Shown here one piece after another: positions 1 to 11,196 of a stretch of 64,000 bases of DNA. Both the position numbers and the translations under genes were made by a program. Source of the DNA: an uncultured Planctomycetaceae bacterium (GTDB taxonomy: Bacteria > Planctomycetota > Planctomycetia > Isosphaerales > Isosphaeraceae). Position 1 is the first letter of the stretch, and the number at the start of each line of letters is the position of its first letter. Under the pieces are notes generated by a model, which had not been told where the DNA came from, searched no databases, and was given only the letters and a program-made list of their open reading frames with translations. The stretch is taken from assembly GCA_963833985.1 (NCBI GenBank), contig CAWIAD010000002.1, positions 2,688,001 through 2,752,000 of the forward strand. The letters run 5' to 3'.

Positions 1-1313
1 CGACCTGCTCAGGGGGAGCCGCTGGTTCTCGTTCTTGAGCAAGACGATCCCCTGCCGTGCCGCTTGCAGCGCCAGGCTTTGATGGGCCGGCTGATGCACG
101 ATCCGCGCGGCACGTTCAGGATCGACCAGCGGGTTCTCGAAGAGGCCCAATCGCAGCTTTTGCTTGAGGATGCGCCGAACGCTGCGGTCGACAAGGCGCT
201 CGGACACCTTCCCGGCGCGCACGCTGTCGATCAGGTCCCGCATATATCCCGATTCGAACGAGATCCCCACGTCGACACCCGCGGCCAGCGCCATGGCGCC
301 GGCATCCTTTTGCGTGGCTGCCAGACCCTCGTACACGAGTGTGCCGATTCCCCCGCCTTCGGAGAGTACCAGGCCGTCGAAGCCCATCTCGTCATGCAGG
401 ATGCGCGTCAGGAGCCAGTCCGAGGCGTGGGTCGGCACGCCATCGACGGCCGGATACGTGGCCATGACGCCGAGTGCTCCGCCGCGCTGGATTCCCGCCT
501 GCCAGGGAGGGAGGAAGGTTTCGCGCAGGACCCGCTCCGAGACCTCCATGGCTCCGCGCTCCAGGCCGCTCACTGGCTGGCTCTGTCCGGGATAATGGCA
601 AAGCCCCGAGACGACCTTGTCGGCAGCGGCAAGGTTGTCGCCTTGCACCGAGCGGGCGATGGTCTCGGCGATCCGGCGCACAGAAACGGGTCCTCGCTGA
701 ACGCTTCCTGATTGCGTCCCAGGCGAGGATCGCGGATCGGCTCGACGACCAGGGTAAAGATCTGGTGCACGCCAATTGCTCGAGCCTCGAGCGCGGCGGA
801 GGCATAAACCTGGCTGAGCAGATCCATGTCCCAGGTACTTCCCAGTGCTGGGCCCTCCGGGAAGATCGTGGCGCCCGCGCACATCAGGCCGTGCGTTCCT
901 TCTTCCGTCTCCAGCAGGGGAATGCCCAGGCGCGTTTGCTGCCGCGCCAGCTTCTGGAGCCGGTTCAGGAACTCAGCCTGCTGCCGGGGACCCTGGTGCA
1001 GGATCGTGTTCGGCAGCGTGAAGAAACCGCCGCCCGGTCCGAAGCTTGGCACCAGGGTACCCGCCGCGAACTTCTGCACGGCCTCGGTCTTCGCGGCGAT
1101 GTCCTTGCCCAGCCCGGCCTCGTAGACGCAGGGCATGTTCATCTGTCCGACTTTTTCCTCGAGCGTCATGCGGCCGAGCAGATCGTCGATGCGCCGCTGG
1201 ACCGGCTGGCTGGGGTCGCTGGAGAAGGCTGTTCTGGGTTCCTGCCCGAGAGCCAGGCCGCCGGCCAGAACCGGGGTCAGGAGCAGGGTGATGGTGTGGC
1301 GAAGCCGTGTCAT
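1..1313 (-). CDS. Glycoside hydrolase family 3 (beta-glucosidase/xylosidase), secreted; runs off the window start; single frameshift near 676
   Basis: Signal peptide, then MTLEEKVGQM, RLGIPLL..EEGTHG, ATIFP, RDPRLGRNQEAFSEDP. After ~676 the reading continues in another frame (LCHYPGQ...MATYPAVDGVP...GFDGLVLSE...IVLLKN), all GH3 motifs. Confidence 0.9.
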
Positions 1314-1545
1314 GGGCTTTTCTCCTTGGCCCTGGCACACGCTGCGCTCGGTGCGTTCCAGGGCTTCCCGGCACCGTAACAGCTGGTCTGACGGCGTTCA
1401 ATGACCCCGTGCACTGGGGCGTGACTTGTTCGGAGCCGGGCTCTTGAATGTTGGGATGCTCCTGATGCTTGCGCCGGGGCGGATTATAGTGAGGCTGTCC
1501 GTTTCGTTCTTCCCGGTCCCTCCCTGCCGGACGGGAGTCCAGGCT

Positions 1546-4500
1546 ATGGCTCGCAACTCGCGATCAAACACTGGTTTACATGGTATCGCACGGGTACTGC
1601 TGATGGCCTGGATCGCCGCCTGGCCGTCACTCGCGGCTCCCGGGAGCGACCGTCCGCCGCCCATGGATATCGCCCCCTTCGCGCTGCCGAACTGTGCGCC
1701 CGGCGAGATCCGCTTTGAAGAAACGCGCGATATCGTGGCCGTCGATGTGACCCTGGACGGAACGGTTCCGCAGGCAATCGGCCTGTCCTACCTTCAGCAG
1801 CACTGGCCCGGGACCAGGCTCGAGTTCGCCAGCGACCGATCGCAAGCCTGCCAGTTCGGCTGGACCAAGGTCGACGACTGGTTCAACGGGAAGTGGAGGA
1901 GGGCGGCGACCCGGCTGATCGCTGGCCCACCGGGGCATGCGCGCATCGAGTTCGAGCCGCTCACACGCGAGTTTCCGGAGCACCGCGATTACGACGTTCG
2001 TTTCCGGCGGACGCTGGGACTGCGCATCGAGGGCCCAAAGCCTGAGGCGATCCGCCAGGTCCGGGTCTTTACCCGATCGGAACCTGCGCGGACGGTCCTC
2101 CGGGTGACTCTGAACGCGGCTGCACGAACGCCCGGCAAGCTGCTTCGGTTCGAGGGCTACAACGCACGCGTGGAGGCCATTTCTGCTCTGAGCCACTGCC
2201 GGGTGGACGGAGCCGCTCTGGCCTGGGATGGGGCTGGACAGACCGAGTTCCAGATCCGGGTGGCCCATCTGGCTCCCGCCTTTCGCTACAGTGGAGACGA
2301 TGGGCTCGTCGAATTTCACCTGGACGGTGACGCCTTCACGATCTCGCTGCCGGTCCTCAAGGCGCAGGGGCCGATCTGGTTCGCCGAGCAAGGCGTGTTC
2401 ATCGCCGACGCAGCAGACACGACCACCGCAGAGCAGTACATCGCCCGCTCGGCTGGAAAGAAGACGATCGCCCAGCGGGTCCGGGAAATGCCCGAGCAGA
2501 GCTATGCGGGCACCTTCCTGGGCCAGCCGCGGCCGCACAGCGTGGCCTGGAGCCTTGGCTTCAAGAACTGCCGGCAGCGGTTCTGGCAGGATCCCAACGG
2601 AGACATCACCCTCGAGAGCACGACCGTCCGCCAGCTCCCGGCCGCCGATACGGCGCGCTATGCCAATGGCGACCGCGAAGGAGGCGGGCACGGCCGCTTC
2701 TTCTTCGGGCTGGAAGACTGGATCATGCAAGGACGCGGCACAGATCCCGCCCCGGCGCTGGTGTCGCGGCTCCGGGCCCGCAACGACGATATCGAGATCG
2801 AACAGACCAGCCTGGCCGGACCCCTGGATGGCCAGGTGGAATCAAAAGTCATCGCCGGGGACAGGACGCTGGTCTGCCTGGTTCATTTCCGACTCAGCAA
2901 CGCCGGTGCGGAAGTGCGCAGGGCCGCTCTGCACGTGGAGTACTCGTCGCGGAGCGGGCGCTCGCCGGGCTTCCACGCCGCAAATCGGCGAGACGGCTCG
3001 CTGAACGACTGGCTCGTGCCCGACTCCCCACGCGAGCCGCTGGCGTACGACGGGGCGTTGCTGCACGGCACCTGGAACGGGCGGCGGGTCTTGCGGGCAC
3101 GCGTGCAGACGGCCATGACCGCCGGCCAGGAAGGGTCGGGCGTCACCTTCTGGCGCGTGCTGGCCCCCGGAGCGAGCGCCGAGCTGGTGCTCAAGATCCC
3201 GTTTGTCGCCCTCGATGAGGCAGCCGAATCCGGCCAGCTCAAGGCGCTCGACTTCGATGCGATGAGAAGCCGGCTCGCGGCCTTCTGGAGGGGTGAAGAG
3301 GCACGCGGCGCACGCGTCTCCACGCCGGTCCCCCAGCTCGATGCCTTGCACCGGGCGCACCTCACTTACGTTCAGATCAGCGATCCCGCCATGCCGGGGG
3401 CGCCGGAGCTTGTGAACACCTCGGTCGGCACCTCGACGTACAGCAATTGCGGCAACGAATCGTGCATGATCAACCAGGAGCTGGACCAGCGGGGCCTCGC
3501 CGACGCGGCGCGCCGCCGGCTGGAAGTCTGGGTGCGATACCAGGGGAGCGAGCCGCTTCTGGGGCGGTTCACGGATCAGCGCGGCGTGCTCCATGGTGCG
3601 GGCGGGTTCTCGTTCTCGGCGTCGTACAATCAGAATCACGGCTGGATCCTCTGGAGGCTGGCCGAGCACGCGCTGTACACGCGGGACCGCGCCTGGTTCA
3701 ACCACGTCAGCCCCACCCTGGTTGAGGCCTGCGACTGGGTCTTCCGCCAGCGCAGGCAGACGATGCAGCCTCTGCCCCATTCGCGTGGCTGGGAGCACGG
3801 CTTTCTGCCGGCCGGTGCGCTGGAGGACGTCGAGGAATACCGCTACTGGCTGACGACGAACACGATGATCTGGCGTGGAGTGGACGCCGCCGCCGGTGCG
3901 CTGGAGGTCTTTGGCCACCCCGAGTCGAAACGCATCCGCCGGGAAGCGCAGCAGTACCGCGCCGACCTGAGGCGCGGCTTCGAGACCATGCGCCGGCACA
4001 CGCCACTGGTGCGCCTCAGGAACGGCCGCTGGGTCCCTGACTATCCGGGGCAGCTCTATCGCCGCGGCCGCGACATCGGCTGGATCCGCGAGACGCTGGA
4101 GGGCTCCGTCTACCTGCTGTTGAGCGGCCTGTACGACCCGCGCGGCCGCGAGGCGCAGTGGATCCTCGACGACTACCAGGACAACCGCTACATGTCGCCC
4201 CCCTACGGCTACGCGATGGTGGATGAAGAAAGCGACTGGTTCAGCCGCGGAGGAATCTCGATCCAGCCCAACCTGCTCGCCGGACTGATGCCGTATCTCG
4301 ATCGAGATGAGCCCGAGGTCTATCTCTGGATGTTCTTCAACGCCTGGTTGGCCTGCTACCGCGAGGAGGTCAACGCCATGGTGGAGCATCCTTATCCCGA
4401 GCTCGGCTATTCGAACACGGCCCATCCCAAGACCAGCGACGAGGCCAACGCCGTCATGTGGCTGCGCTACTTATTTGTTTATGGCAATCGGGATGGCCTG

Positions 4501-4815
4501 TTCCTCGGCCGCGCCATCCCCCGCGCCTGGCTGGGACAGGATCGGCCCATCGGCCTGAGGCGCGTACATACGCCCTGGGGGGAGGCCAGCGTGACGTACT
4601 TCCCGAGCCGCTCGACCGAGATCATCCGGGCCCGGGTCGAGCTGAAGCTCTCGAGCCGTCCGCCCCGGGTCCTGATCCGCTTTCGCCATCCCCGGAACAA
4701 GCCGATCACCGGGGTGACCGTCAACGGCCGCCCGCACGCCGGGTTCGACGCAGTGAGCCAGGACGTGGATCTCTCCGGCCTGGATGGGCCGCTGGAGCTC
4801 CAGGTTCGGTTTTGA
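1546..4815 (+). CDS. Large secreted protein, probable (alpha/alpha)6-barrel glycosidase-like C-terminal half, family unassigned
   Basis: About 1090-aa ORF with signal-peptide-like N-terminus. C-terminal region (NQNHGWILW..AEH..YTRD..W, GFLPAGALED, LFLGRAIPRAW) resembles six-hairpin glycosidases. Start chosen at ATG 1546. Confidence 0.6.
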   Translation: MARNSRSNTGLHGIARVLLMAWIAAWPSLAAPGSDRPPPMDIAPFALPNCAPGEIRFEETRDIVAVDVTLDGTVPQAIGLSYLQQHWPGTRLEFASDRSQACQFGWTKVDDWFNGKWRRAATRLIAGPPGHARIEFEPLTREFPEHRDYDVRFRRTLGLRIEGPKPEAIRQVRVFTRSEPARTVLRVTLNAAARTPGKLLRFEGYNARVEAISALSHCRVDGAALAWDGAGQTEFQIRVAHLAPAFRYSGDDGLVEFHLDGDAFTISLPVLKAQGPIWFAEQGVFIADAADTTTAEQYIARSAGKKTIAQRVREMPEQSYAGTFLGQPRPHSVAWSLGFKNCRQRFWQDPNGDITLESTTVRQLPAADTARYANGDREGGGHGRFFFGLEDWIMQGRGTDPAPALVSRLRARNDDIEIEQTSLAGPLDGQVESKVIAGDRTLVCLVHFRLSNAGAEVRRAALHVEYSSRSGRSPGFHAANRRDGSLNDWLVPDSPREPLAYDGALLHGTWNGRRVLRARVQTAMTAGQEGSGVTFWRVLAPGASAELVLKIPFVALDEAAESGQLKALDFDAMRSRLAAFWRGEEARGARVSTPVPQLDALHRAHLTYVQISDPAMPGAPELVNTSVGTSTYSNCGNESCMINQELDQRGLADAARRRLEVWVRYQGSEPLLGRFTDQRGVLHGAGGFSFSASYNQNHGWILWRLAEHALYTRDRAWFNHVSPTLVEACDWVFRQRRQTMQPLPHSRGWEHGFLPAGALEDVEEYRYWLTTNTMIWRGVDAAAGALEVFGHPESKRIRREAQQYRADLRRGFETMRRHTPLVRLRNGRWVPDYPGQLYRRGRDIGWIRETLEGSVYLLLSGLYDPRGREAQWILDDYQDNRYMSPPYGYAMVDEESDWFSRGGISIQPNLLAGLMPYLDRDEPEVYLWMFFNAWLACYREEVNAMVEHPYPELGYSNTAHPKTSDEANAVMWLRYLFVYGNRDGLFLGRAIPRAWLGQDRPIGLRRVHTPWGEASVTYFPSRSTEIIRARVELKLSSRPPRVLIRFRHPRNKPITGVTVNGRPHAGFDAVSQDVDLSGLDGPLELQVRF

Positions 4816-4956
4816 GGTTTCCCGGGCAAATGGCGGAGCGGCCGACTTACTCGGGGCGCCGGCGCGGTTATGATGGCGGCAGACTGCGCCGGGATGGGCC
4901 GGCTCCGTCCGAGCCAGGTCCAGGGCTCTTTCCTTCTGTCCTTGAGGGCTCTTCTG

Positions 4957-6168
4957 ATGCGACAGCCAGAGACAAGCCGCCGCCGGTTTCTCGAGACGGC
5001 CGGAGCGGCGATCGCCTTTCCTTACGTCATCACGTCCTCCGCGCTGGGGGCGGGTGCCAGGCCGGCCGCGAGCGAGCGCATCGTCATGGCCACCATCGGC
5101 TGCGGCGGGCAGGGCACCGGCGACATGCAGGGGTTCCTGGGATTTCCCCAGGTGCAGATGGTCGCCGTCTGCGACGTGGTGGCCAGCCATCGCGAAAACG
5201 CCAAACGCATTGTCAACGACCATTACCACAACCAGGACTGCAAGGACTATAACGACTTTCGCGAGGTCCTGGCGCGGCCCGAGATCGACGCGGTGCTCAT
5301 CGGCACTCCCGACCACTGGCACGCCCTGATCACGATCGAGGCCTGTAAGCACGGCAAGGACGTCTACTGCGAGAAGCCGGAGTGCCTGACCATCAAGGAA
5401 GGCCGGGCCATGGTCCAGGCAGTCCAGCGCTACGGGCGCGTCTTCTCCGGAGGCAGCCAGCGCGTGCTGGGCGATTACGGCGACTGGCCGCGCATGGTGC
5501 GCGGCGGTGCGCTCGGTGAAATCAAGGAAATCTTCGTGGATTGCTGGGGACCCTCGGGAGACTGCTACCTCGAGCCGCAGTCCATTCCGCCGGGCGTCGA
5601 CTGGGAGATGTGGCTTGGCCCCGCGCCTGCGCGGCCGTTCCACGACAGCCTGATCAACGGCGGCTTCCGTCCGTTCCGCGATTATTCGGGCGGCGGCATG
5701 ACCGACTGGGGCGCCCACCGCTTCGGCGCGGCGATGTTCGCCGCCGGGCTGCACAAGACGGGCCCCGTCGAGATCATTCCGCCCGACGGCAAGGACCACA
5801 AGCTGCTGACTTACGTCTTCGCCAGCGGCACGCGGATGTACCACGGCGGCACGTCCGACATCACCTACAAGGGCACCGAGGGCGAGCTGCCCGGCAAGCA
5901 CCGCACCACCACCGCGCGGGTGGACATGGAAGGCTACAGGGGCGAAGGCGGCATCTTCGGCGATTTCTTGCACTGCGTGAAGACCCGCGAGCTGCCGTTC
6001 CGCAACATCGAGGTCGCCCATCGCGCCACGACGGTCTGCCACCTGGGCAACATCGCCTACTGGCTGAAGCGGCCGCTCAGGTGGGACCCGGCCGCCGAGC
6101 AGATCATCGGTGATCCCGAGGCCAATCGCTGGCTCGACCGTCCCAAGCGCGAACCCTGGACCCTCTGA
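4957..6168 (+). CDS. Gfo/Idh/MocA family oxidoreductase with Tat signal
   Basis: SRRRFL twin-arginine motif, IGCGGQG, DAVLIGTPDHWHA, KDVYCEKP, WLGPAP, DYSGGGMTDWGAH. Confidence 0.9.
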   Translation: MRQPETSRRRFLETAGAAIAFPYVITSSALGAGARPAASERIVMATIGCGGQGTGDMQGFLGFPQVQMVAVCDVVASHRENAKRIVNDHYHNQDCKDYNDFREVLARPEIDAVLIGTPDHWHALITIEACKHGKDVYCEKPECLTIKEGRAMVQAVQRYGRVFSGGSQRVLGDYGDWPRMVRGGALGEIKEIFVDCWGPSGDCYLEPQSIPPGVDWEMWLGPAPARPFHDSLINGGFRPFRDYSGGGMTDWGAHRFGAAMFAAGLHKTGPVEIIPPDGKDHKLLTYVFASGTRMYHGGTSDITYKGTEGELPGKHRTTTARVDMEGYRGEGGIFGDFLHCVKTRELPFRNIEVAHRATTVCHLGNIAYWLKRPLRWDPAAEQIIGDPEANRWLDRPKREPWTL

Positions 6169-6197
6169 TCCGAGGCGACACAAGGAGCACATGCAAG

Positions 6198-8248
6198 ATG
6201 AACATCCGACGATGGACAATGATCGCGGCTGCGTGCCTCTTCAGCCTGGCGGCGGCACGAGCCGACGATGCCGATCTGAAGCAGACCTTCGCAAAGCTTC
6301 TGCCGTCGATGGACCAGGAAGCGGCGCAGCAGCAGTGGCAAGACATCTGCTGGAACGCCGGCGCACCCGGCCACGAGGCCAGGCGGAGCGAGGCGTGCAA
6401 GCTGATGGCCGACAAGCTCGGCCCGGGCACGCCGGTCGCCGCGCGCGTCTGGCTGCTCAAGCAGCTCGAGCGCATCGGCAGGGGCGAGTGCGTCGCTGAG
6501 GTGGCCGCGATCGTGAACGACGGCGAAAAGCTGGTGCGCGATGCCGCCATCCGGGCGCTCGCCAATAACCCGGACCCGGCCGCCGGAGACCGGCTGGCGC
6601 GGCCTTCAAGGACTCGGCCGATCCCATGCAGCGGGTTGCGCTGGCCAACGCGCTGGGCTTCCGCGCCGAGCCATCGAGCGTGGACGTCCTGGTGCACTCC
6701 GGACTGGAACGCGGCCACGATGCGACAGTCCTGGTGGCGTCGGCCCGTGCGCTCGGCAAGATCGCCACACCCGAGGCCATCGCCGGGCTACAGCAGGCAC
6801 TGGAACGCACGCATGGCCCGGTACGGCTTCAGGTGGGCGACGCCCTGGCGAAGTGCTGCCTGAAACTGTGTGCCGAGGGCAAGACGGCCGAGGCCAGGGA
6901 AATTGCGCTCCGGCTCTACCATCTTGACCAGCCGACCAAGCTCGCCGGGCTGGAGGGATTGCTCCACAGCCGAGGCGAGGACGTGGCCATGACGATTCTC
7001 CGTGCCCTGGCGAACAATGATGCCCTGGAGAGGAGCGCGGCGGTGGGCTTTGTTGGCCAGGTCGGCAGCGACGCGGTGAAGCAGCTGGCCGCGGGACTCA
7101 CCGAATTGCCGGCGGCCGGCAAGATTGCCCTGCTGCAAGCCCTGGGCGCGCGCCGCGATCGTGCGGCCTTGCCCGCCGTGGCCGCGGCCGCGGCCAGCGA
7201 CGACCCCGCGGTGAAGGCTGCCGCGCTCGCGGCCCTGGGCGGCCTCGGCGACCGCTCGACGGTGCCCCTGCTCGTACAGGCCATCGAAAAAGGCGGCGAT
7301 GCGGCGAACTCCGCCCGGCACAGCCTGGAGACCATCTTCGCCGACGGCGTCGACCAGGCGCTCGTCGAGACAATGAAGCAAACCGGCGACCGCGGCCGCA
7401 GGGCGCTCTTCATCGAGATTCTCGACCAGCGCCGGGCCGTCGCGGCCGTGCCCGCATTTCTCGAGGAGCTGGCCAGCGACGACGGCAACGTCCGCCGCAA
7501 GGCCATCTCGGCGCTCGGCAATGTGGCGGGGCCCGAAGACGCGGCAAGCCTGATCCGCGCACTGCTGAAGATCCGCGATGCCGGCGAGCGCGACGAGGCG
7601 GGACGCGCCGTCGCCGCTGTCTGCGGCCGCATGGTCGACGACAGCCAGCAAGCCGACCCGGTCCTGACGGCGTACGGCAACGTGTCCGGCGAGGACCAGC
7701 TTTTGCTCTTGCCGGTGCTGGGCCGGATCGGCGGCAAGAAGGTCCTGGCGGTCGTCCGCGAGGCCGTGGCCAGCAGTGATCCGAAGCGCCGGGAGAGCGG
7801 CCAGCAGGCCCTCTTCCACTGGCCCGACTCCACCGTGGCTGACGACCTGGCGAACCTGGCCGAACAGGCTCGGGACGACGCGCTGAAGGTCCGGGCCATC
7901 CACGAGCTGGCGCGCGTCGTCATCCTGCCGGGCGACCGCAGTGACGACGCCCGGCTGGCCTTCCTGGCCAGGGCCATGAAGCAGGCCACTCGCAATGAGG
8001 ACCGGCGAATGATCCTGGACAAGGTGCGCGAGATTCACACGCTGCCGGCCGTCCGCTTCGCTGCCGGGTTCCTCGACCAGCCCCGGCTTGCCAGCCAGGC
8101 CTGCGCCACGGTTGCGGACCTGCTGCATCACGACGAGGTCCGCAACGCAAACCGGGCAGAGGTGAACAAGATCATCGACCAGGTGGTCGCGGCCAGCAAG
8201 GACAAGAGCCTCGTGGAGCGAGTGAAGAGCTTCAAGGCCGCTCAGTAA
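6198..8248 (+). CDS. Secreted HEAT-repeat protein (frameshift near 6600)
   Basis: ORFs 6198-6863 and 6626-8248 overlap in different frames. Signal peptide and repeated 'VRxAAIxALG' helical motifs; translationally follows the Gfo/Idh/MocA gene. Confidence 0.8.
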
Positions 8249-8289
8249 CCGCAGCGACGCGTGGCGAGTGGACCGCTTAGCTCGGCGCT

Positions 8290-8335
8290 GCGGTCCGCTT
8301 CGCTCCGCTCCACTCGACTCGACTCCACTCCACTC
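8290..8335. repeat. Degenerate 5-nt tandem repeat (CTCCG/CTCGA/CTCCA) between convergent genes
   Basis: gcggtccgcttcgctccgctccactcgactcgactccactccactc between the HEAT gene stop (8248) and the tsaD stop (8350). Confidence 0.6.
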
Positions 8336-8349
8336 ATTCGCCAGACGCT

Positions 8350-9450
8350 TCACGAACGTCCGGGCCGGACCAGACCGGCCGTGACATCCATATCAAGAGC
8401 CCCGACCTGGCCCGCGCCCAGCTTGGCCAGGGCGATGCCGGCCATGGCGGCGTTGTCCGTGCACAGTGCCAGCGGCGGGATGAACAGCTCCACTCCTTGC
8501 TGGCGCGCCAGCTCCGAGATGCGCTCGCGGAACCGCGCGTTCGCGGCCACGCCGCCCCCGACGCCCAGCCGGCTCGCGCCCGTCTTCACGAGTGCCTGTC
8601 GGGTCTTGGCCACGAGCACGTCGACCACGGCTTCCTGGAAGCTCGCCGCGAGGTCGGCCACCTGCGTGGGCGTGGGCCGCACCGCCCCGCGCTCCTCGTT
8701 CGGTCCGCGCAGGGCGTAGAGCACGGCGGTCTTCAAGCCCGAGAAGCTGAAGGCCAGGCGCTCGTCGTGCAGGAACGATCGGGGGAAGGCAAAAGCCCGC
8801 GGATTGCCGGACCGCGCAGCGCGTTCGATCTCGGGCCCGCCGGGGTATCCCAGCTCCAGCAGGCTGGCCACCTTGTCGAACGCCTCGCCGGCCGCGTCGT
8901 CGAGCGTTCCGCCCAGGAGCTCGCAGTCCAGGGGGCCGCGGCAAAGGAACAGGCTGGTGTGTCCGCCGGAGACCACCAGGCCGACGCAGGGGTAGACGTC
9001 ACGATCGGGGCTGGCAAGCTGGCAGGCGTAGAGATGGGCTTCCAGGTGATCGATGGCCACCAGCGGCACGCCCAGCACGAGCGCCAGGGTCTTCGCCGCG
9101 GTGAGTCCCACCACCAGGGCACCGACCAGGCCGGGCCGAGTCGCGACGGCAATCATCTCCAGGTCGTCGAGCAGGACGCCGGCCTGCCGGAGGGCCTCAT
9201 CGATGATCGGCAAGACCTGCCGCACGTGGGCCCGCGAGGCGATCTCCGGTACCACGCCGCCGAACCGCTGGTGCAGGCTGACCTGCGAGGCGACCACGCT
9301 GGAAAGGATGCGGGGCACGCCCGAGGCCGGCGGCCGAGGCCCTTCCAGCACCGCCGCACCGGTCTCATCGCAGGTCGTCTCGATGGCCAGGAAGATCAGT
9401 CGCGAGGGATCTTTTCGGGATCCAGCCTGCGGCTGCGGGTCCCGGTTCAC
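8350..9450 (-). CDS. tsaD: tRNA N6-adenosine threonylcarbamoyltransferase TsaD
   Basis: LAIETTCDET, GGVVPEIASRAH, HLEAH, LVVSGGHT, DDAAGEAFDKVA, FSFSGLKTAV, CTDNAAM. Confidence 0.97.
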   Translation of the reverse strand: MNRDPQPQAGSRKDPSRLIFLAIETTCDETGAAVLEGPRPPASGVPRILSSVVASQVSLHQRFGGVVPEIASRAHVRQVLPIIDEALRQAGVLLDDLEMIAVATRPGLVGALVVGLTAAKTLALVLGVPLVAIDHLEAHLYACQLASPDRDVYPCVGLVVSGGHTSLFLCRGPLDCELLGGTLDDAAGEAFDKVASLLELGYPGGPEIERAARSGNPRAFAFPRSFLHDERLAFSFSGLKTAVLYALRGPNEERGAVRPTPTQVADLAASFQEAVVDVLVAKTRQALVKTGASRLGVGGGVAANARFRERISELARQQGVELFIPPLALCTDNAAMAGIALAKLGAGQVGALDMDVTAGLVRPGRS

Positions 9451-10976
9451 GCCGCCTTGGCTTTCTGCCCCTCGGCGATCTTCGCCTTGATCACCTCGAG
9501 GGCCTTGTCCAGCACCTTGTCCACGAACGGCCCGGATACGCCCCGCAGCGAGCGGAGCCGGGACCGCGAGGTCCCCTTCTCGGGCTCCTTATCCTTATCC
9601 TTGCTCTGGTCCTTCTCGTGGTCGTCTGGCCGGGCCTTCTCCGTATCCTTGGGCTTCTCGTTGTTCTTGGCCTTGTCCTTGTCCTGGTCCTGGTCCTTGC
9701 CGTCGCCGGGGGCCTTGTCGGCTTCGGCTCTGGTCGCGGGGGCGTGGGGATGGCCCTTGGCGGCGGACTGCAAATCGCGACCGCGGCGACCCGCGAACCA
9801 GCGGACATACTCACTGGGGTTCAGCTTCACCTCCATGCCCGGGTTGGGAGAGACGCCCCACTTGTCGGTGGTCTTGGAGTCGCGGAAGCGGTGAATGTTG
9901 TCGCCGTTGGGCCGGTGATAGCTGGCCACCGTCAGCTTCAGCACGCTGCTGCCGTCTTCCAGTTCCAGGATGTTCTGCACCGAGCCCTTGCCGTAGGAGC
10001 GCTGGCCAATGATCGTGGCCCGCTTGTTGTCTTGCAGGGCGGCCGAGACGATCTCCGAGGCCGAGGCCGAGTTCTGGTTGATGAGTACGACCATGGGCAG
10101 CTCCTCGTAAGGGCTGTCCTTCTGGGCAAGGTACGACTTGGGAATGGTGTTCCGCCCCTCGGTGCTGACGACCTTGCCGCGCTCCAGGAACATGTCCGAA
10201 ACCTCGACCGCGGCGCTCAAGAGGCCGCCGGGGTTGTCGCGGAGGTCGAGGATCAGGCCCTTGACGTCCTCTCCCTTGAGCTGTTCCAGGGCCTTGCGCA
10301 GCTCGTCGGCCGTGTTCTGGAGGAAGCTGGAGATGCGCACGTAGCCGATCTTCTTGTCCTTGTCGATCAGGAACTCCCACTCGTCGTTGGGGCCGCGGTG
10401 GTCGCCCAGCACGCTGGGGACCTCGATGATGGCCCGGCGGATGGTCACCGTCTCGGGCTGCTCGGTCCCTTCGTGAAGCACGTTCAGCTTGACGTCGGTA
10501 CCGGGCCGTCCGGTGAGCACGTCGACGGCCTTGTCCGGCCCCATCCCCTCGGTCGAGGTGCCGTCGATGTCCATGATCTGGTCGCCGGCGAGCACTCCGG
10601 CCTCGTAGGCGGGCGTCCCCACCATCGGGGCGATCACCCGCAGGCGATTGGTCTCCGGATCGACGCCCACCTGGATGCCGATACCGCCGAACTTGCCCTC
10701 GATCTGCTTGCGGAACTGCTTCCATTCGCTGGTATTGATGAAAGAGGAGTGCTGGTCCAGGCTCTGGAGCATTCCCTCCAGTGCGCTCTCCAGCAGCTCG
10801 CGGCGTGACACGGGACGGACATAATTGGCCTCGACCTTCTCGACGGCGTCCACGAAGAGGCCGTAGAGCTCAAGCATCTCGTCCTTCGGCTTGGCTCCCT
10901 GCGTCGCCTGCCAGCAGCACAGGCATAGCGCCACGATCATGGATACGGCGAGAACGTTCCGTCTTGGCATCGACAC
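9447..10976 (-). CDS. ctpA: S41 family carboxyl-terminal processing protease
   Basis: FGGIGI PDZ loop, LILDLRDNPGGLL, SASASEIV, SYGKGSVQ; 4-bp overlap with tsaD; K/D-rich C-terminal insert. Confidence 0.92.
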   Translation of the reverse strand: MSMPRRNVLAVSMIVALCLCCWQATQGAKPKDEMLELYGLFVDAVEKVEANYVRPVSRRELLESALEGMLQSLDQHSSFINTSEWKQFRKQIEGKFGGIGIQVGVDPETNRLRVIAPMVGTPAYEAGVLAGDQIMDIDGTSTEGMGPDKAVDVLTGRPGTDVKLNVLHEGTEQPETVTIRRAIIEVPSVLGDHRGPNDEWEFLIDKDKKIGYVRISSFLQNTADELRKALEQLKGEDVKGLILDLRDNPGGLLSAAVEVSDMFLERGKVVSTEGRNTIPKSYLAQKDSPYEELPMVVLINQNSASASEIVSAALQDNKRATIIGQRSYGKGSVQNILELEDGSSVLKLTVASYHRPNGDNIHRFRDSKTTDKWGVSPNPGMEVKLNPSEYVRWFAGRRGRDLQSAAKGHPHAPATRAEADKAPGDGKDQDQDKDKAKNNEKPKDTEKARPDDHEKDQSKDKDKEPEKGTSRSRLRSLRGVSGPFVDKVLDKALEVIKAKIAEGQKAKAA

Positions 10977-11196
10977 GTCCCTTTCCTCTGTTTCCCGGAG
11001 TCACCGCGGAGACCGGTCTTGCCCGCAGCGGAGTTATGCCCGGCTGTTCAGCTTGCGGGAACCAGCGAATCTTGCTAACTGGAAGTCTAGTCGAAACCCC
11101 GCGGCAGTGGCAAGCGCCCTGCTGGCGGTCCATCCCCTGACGCTCAGGTAACGGCCGGTCGACCCGACGAACCCGGGTCCGCGATAAGATCCTCTC

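Noticed and set aside
9580..9720. K/D-rich repeat in the S41 protease
   Set aside because: Ordinary low-complexity linker.
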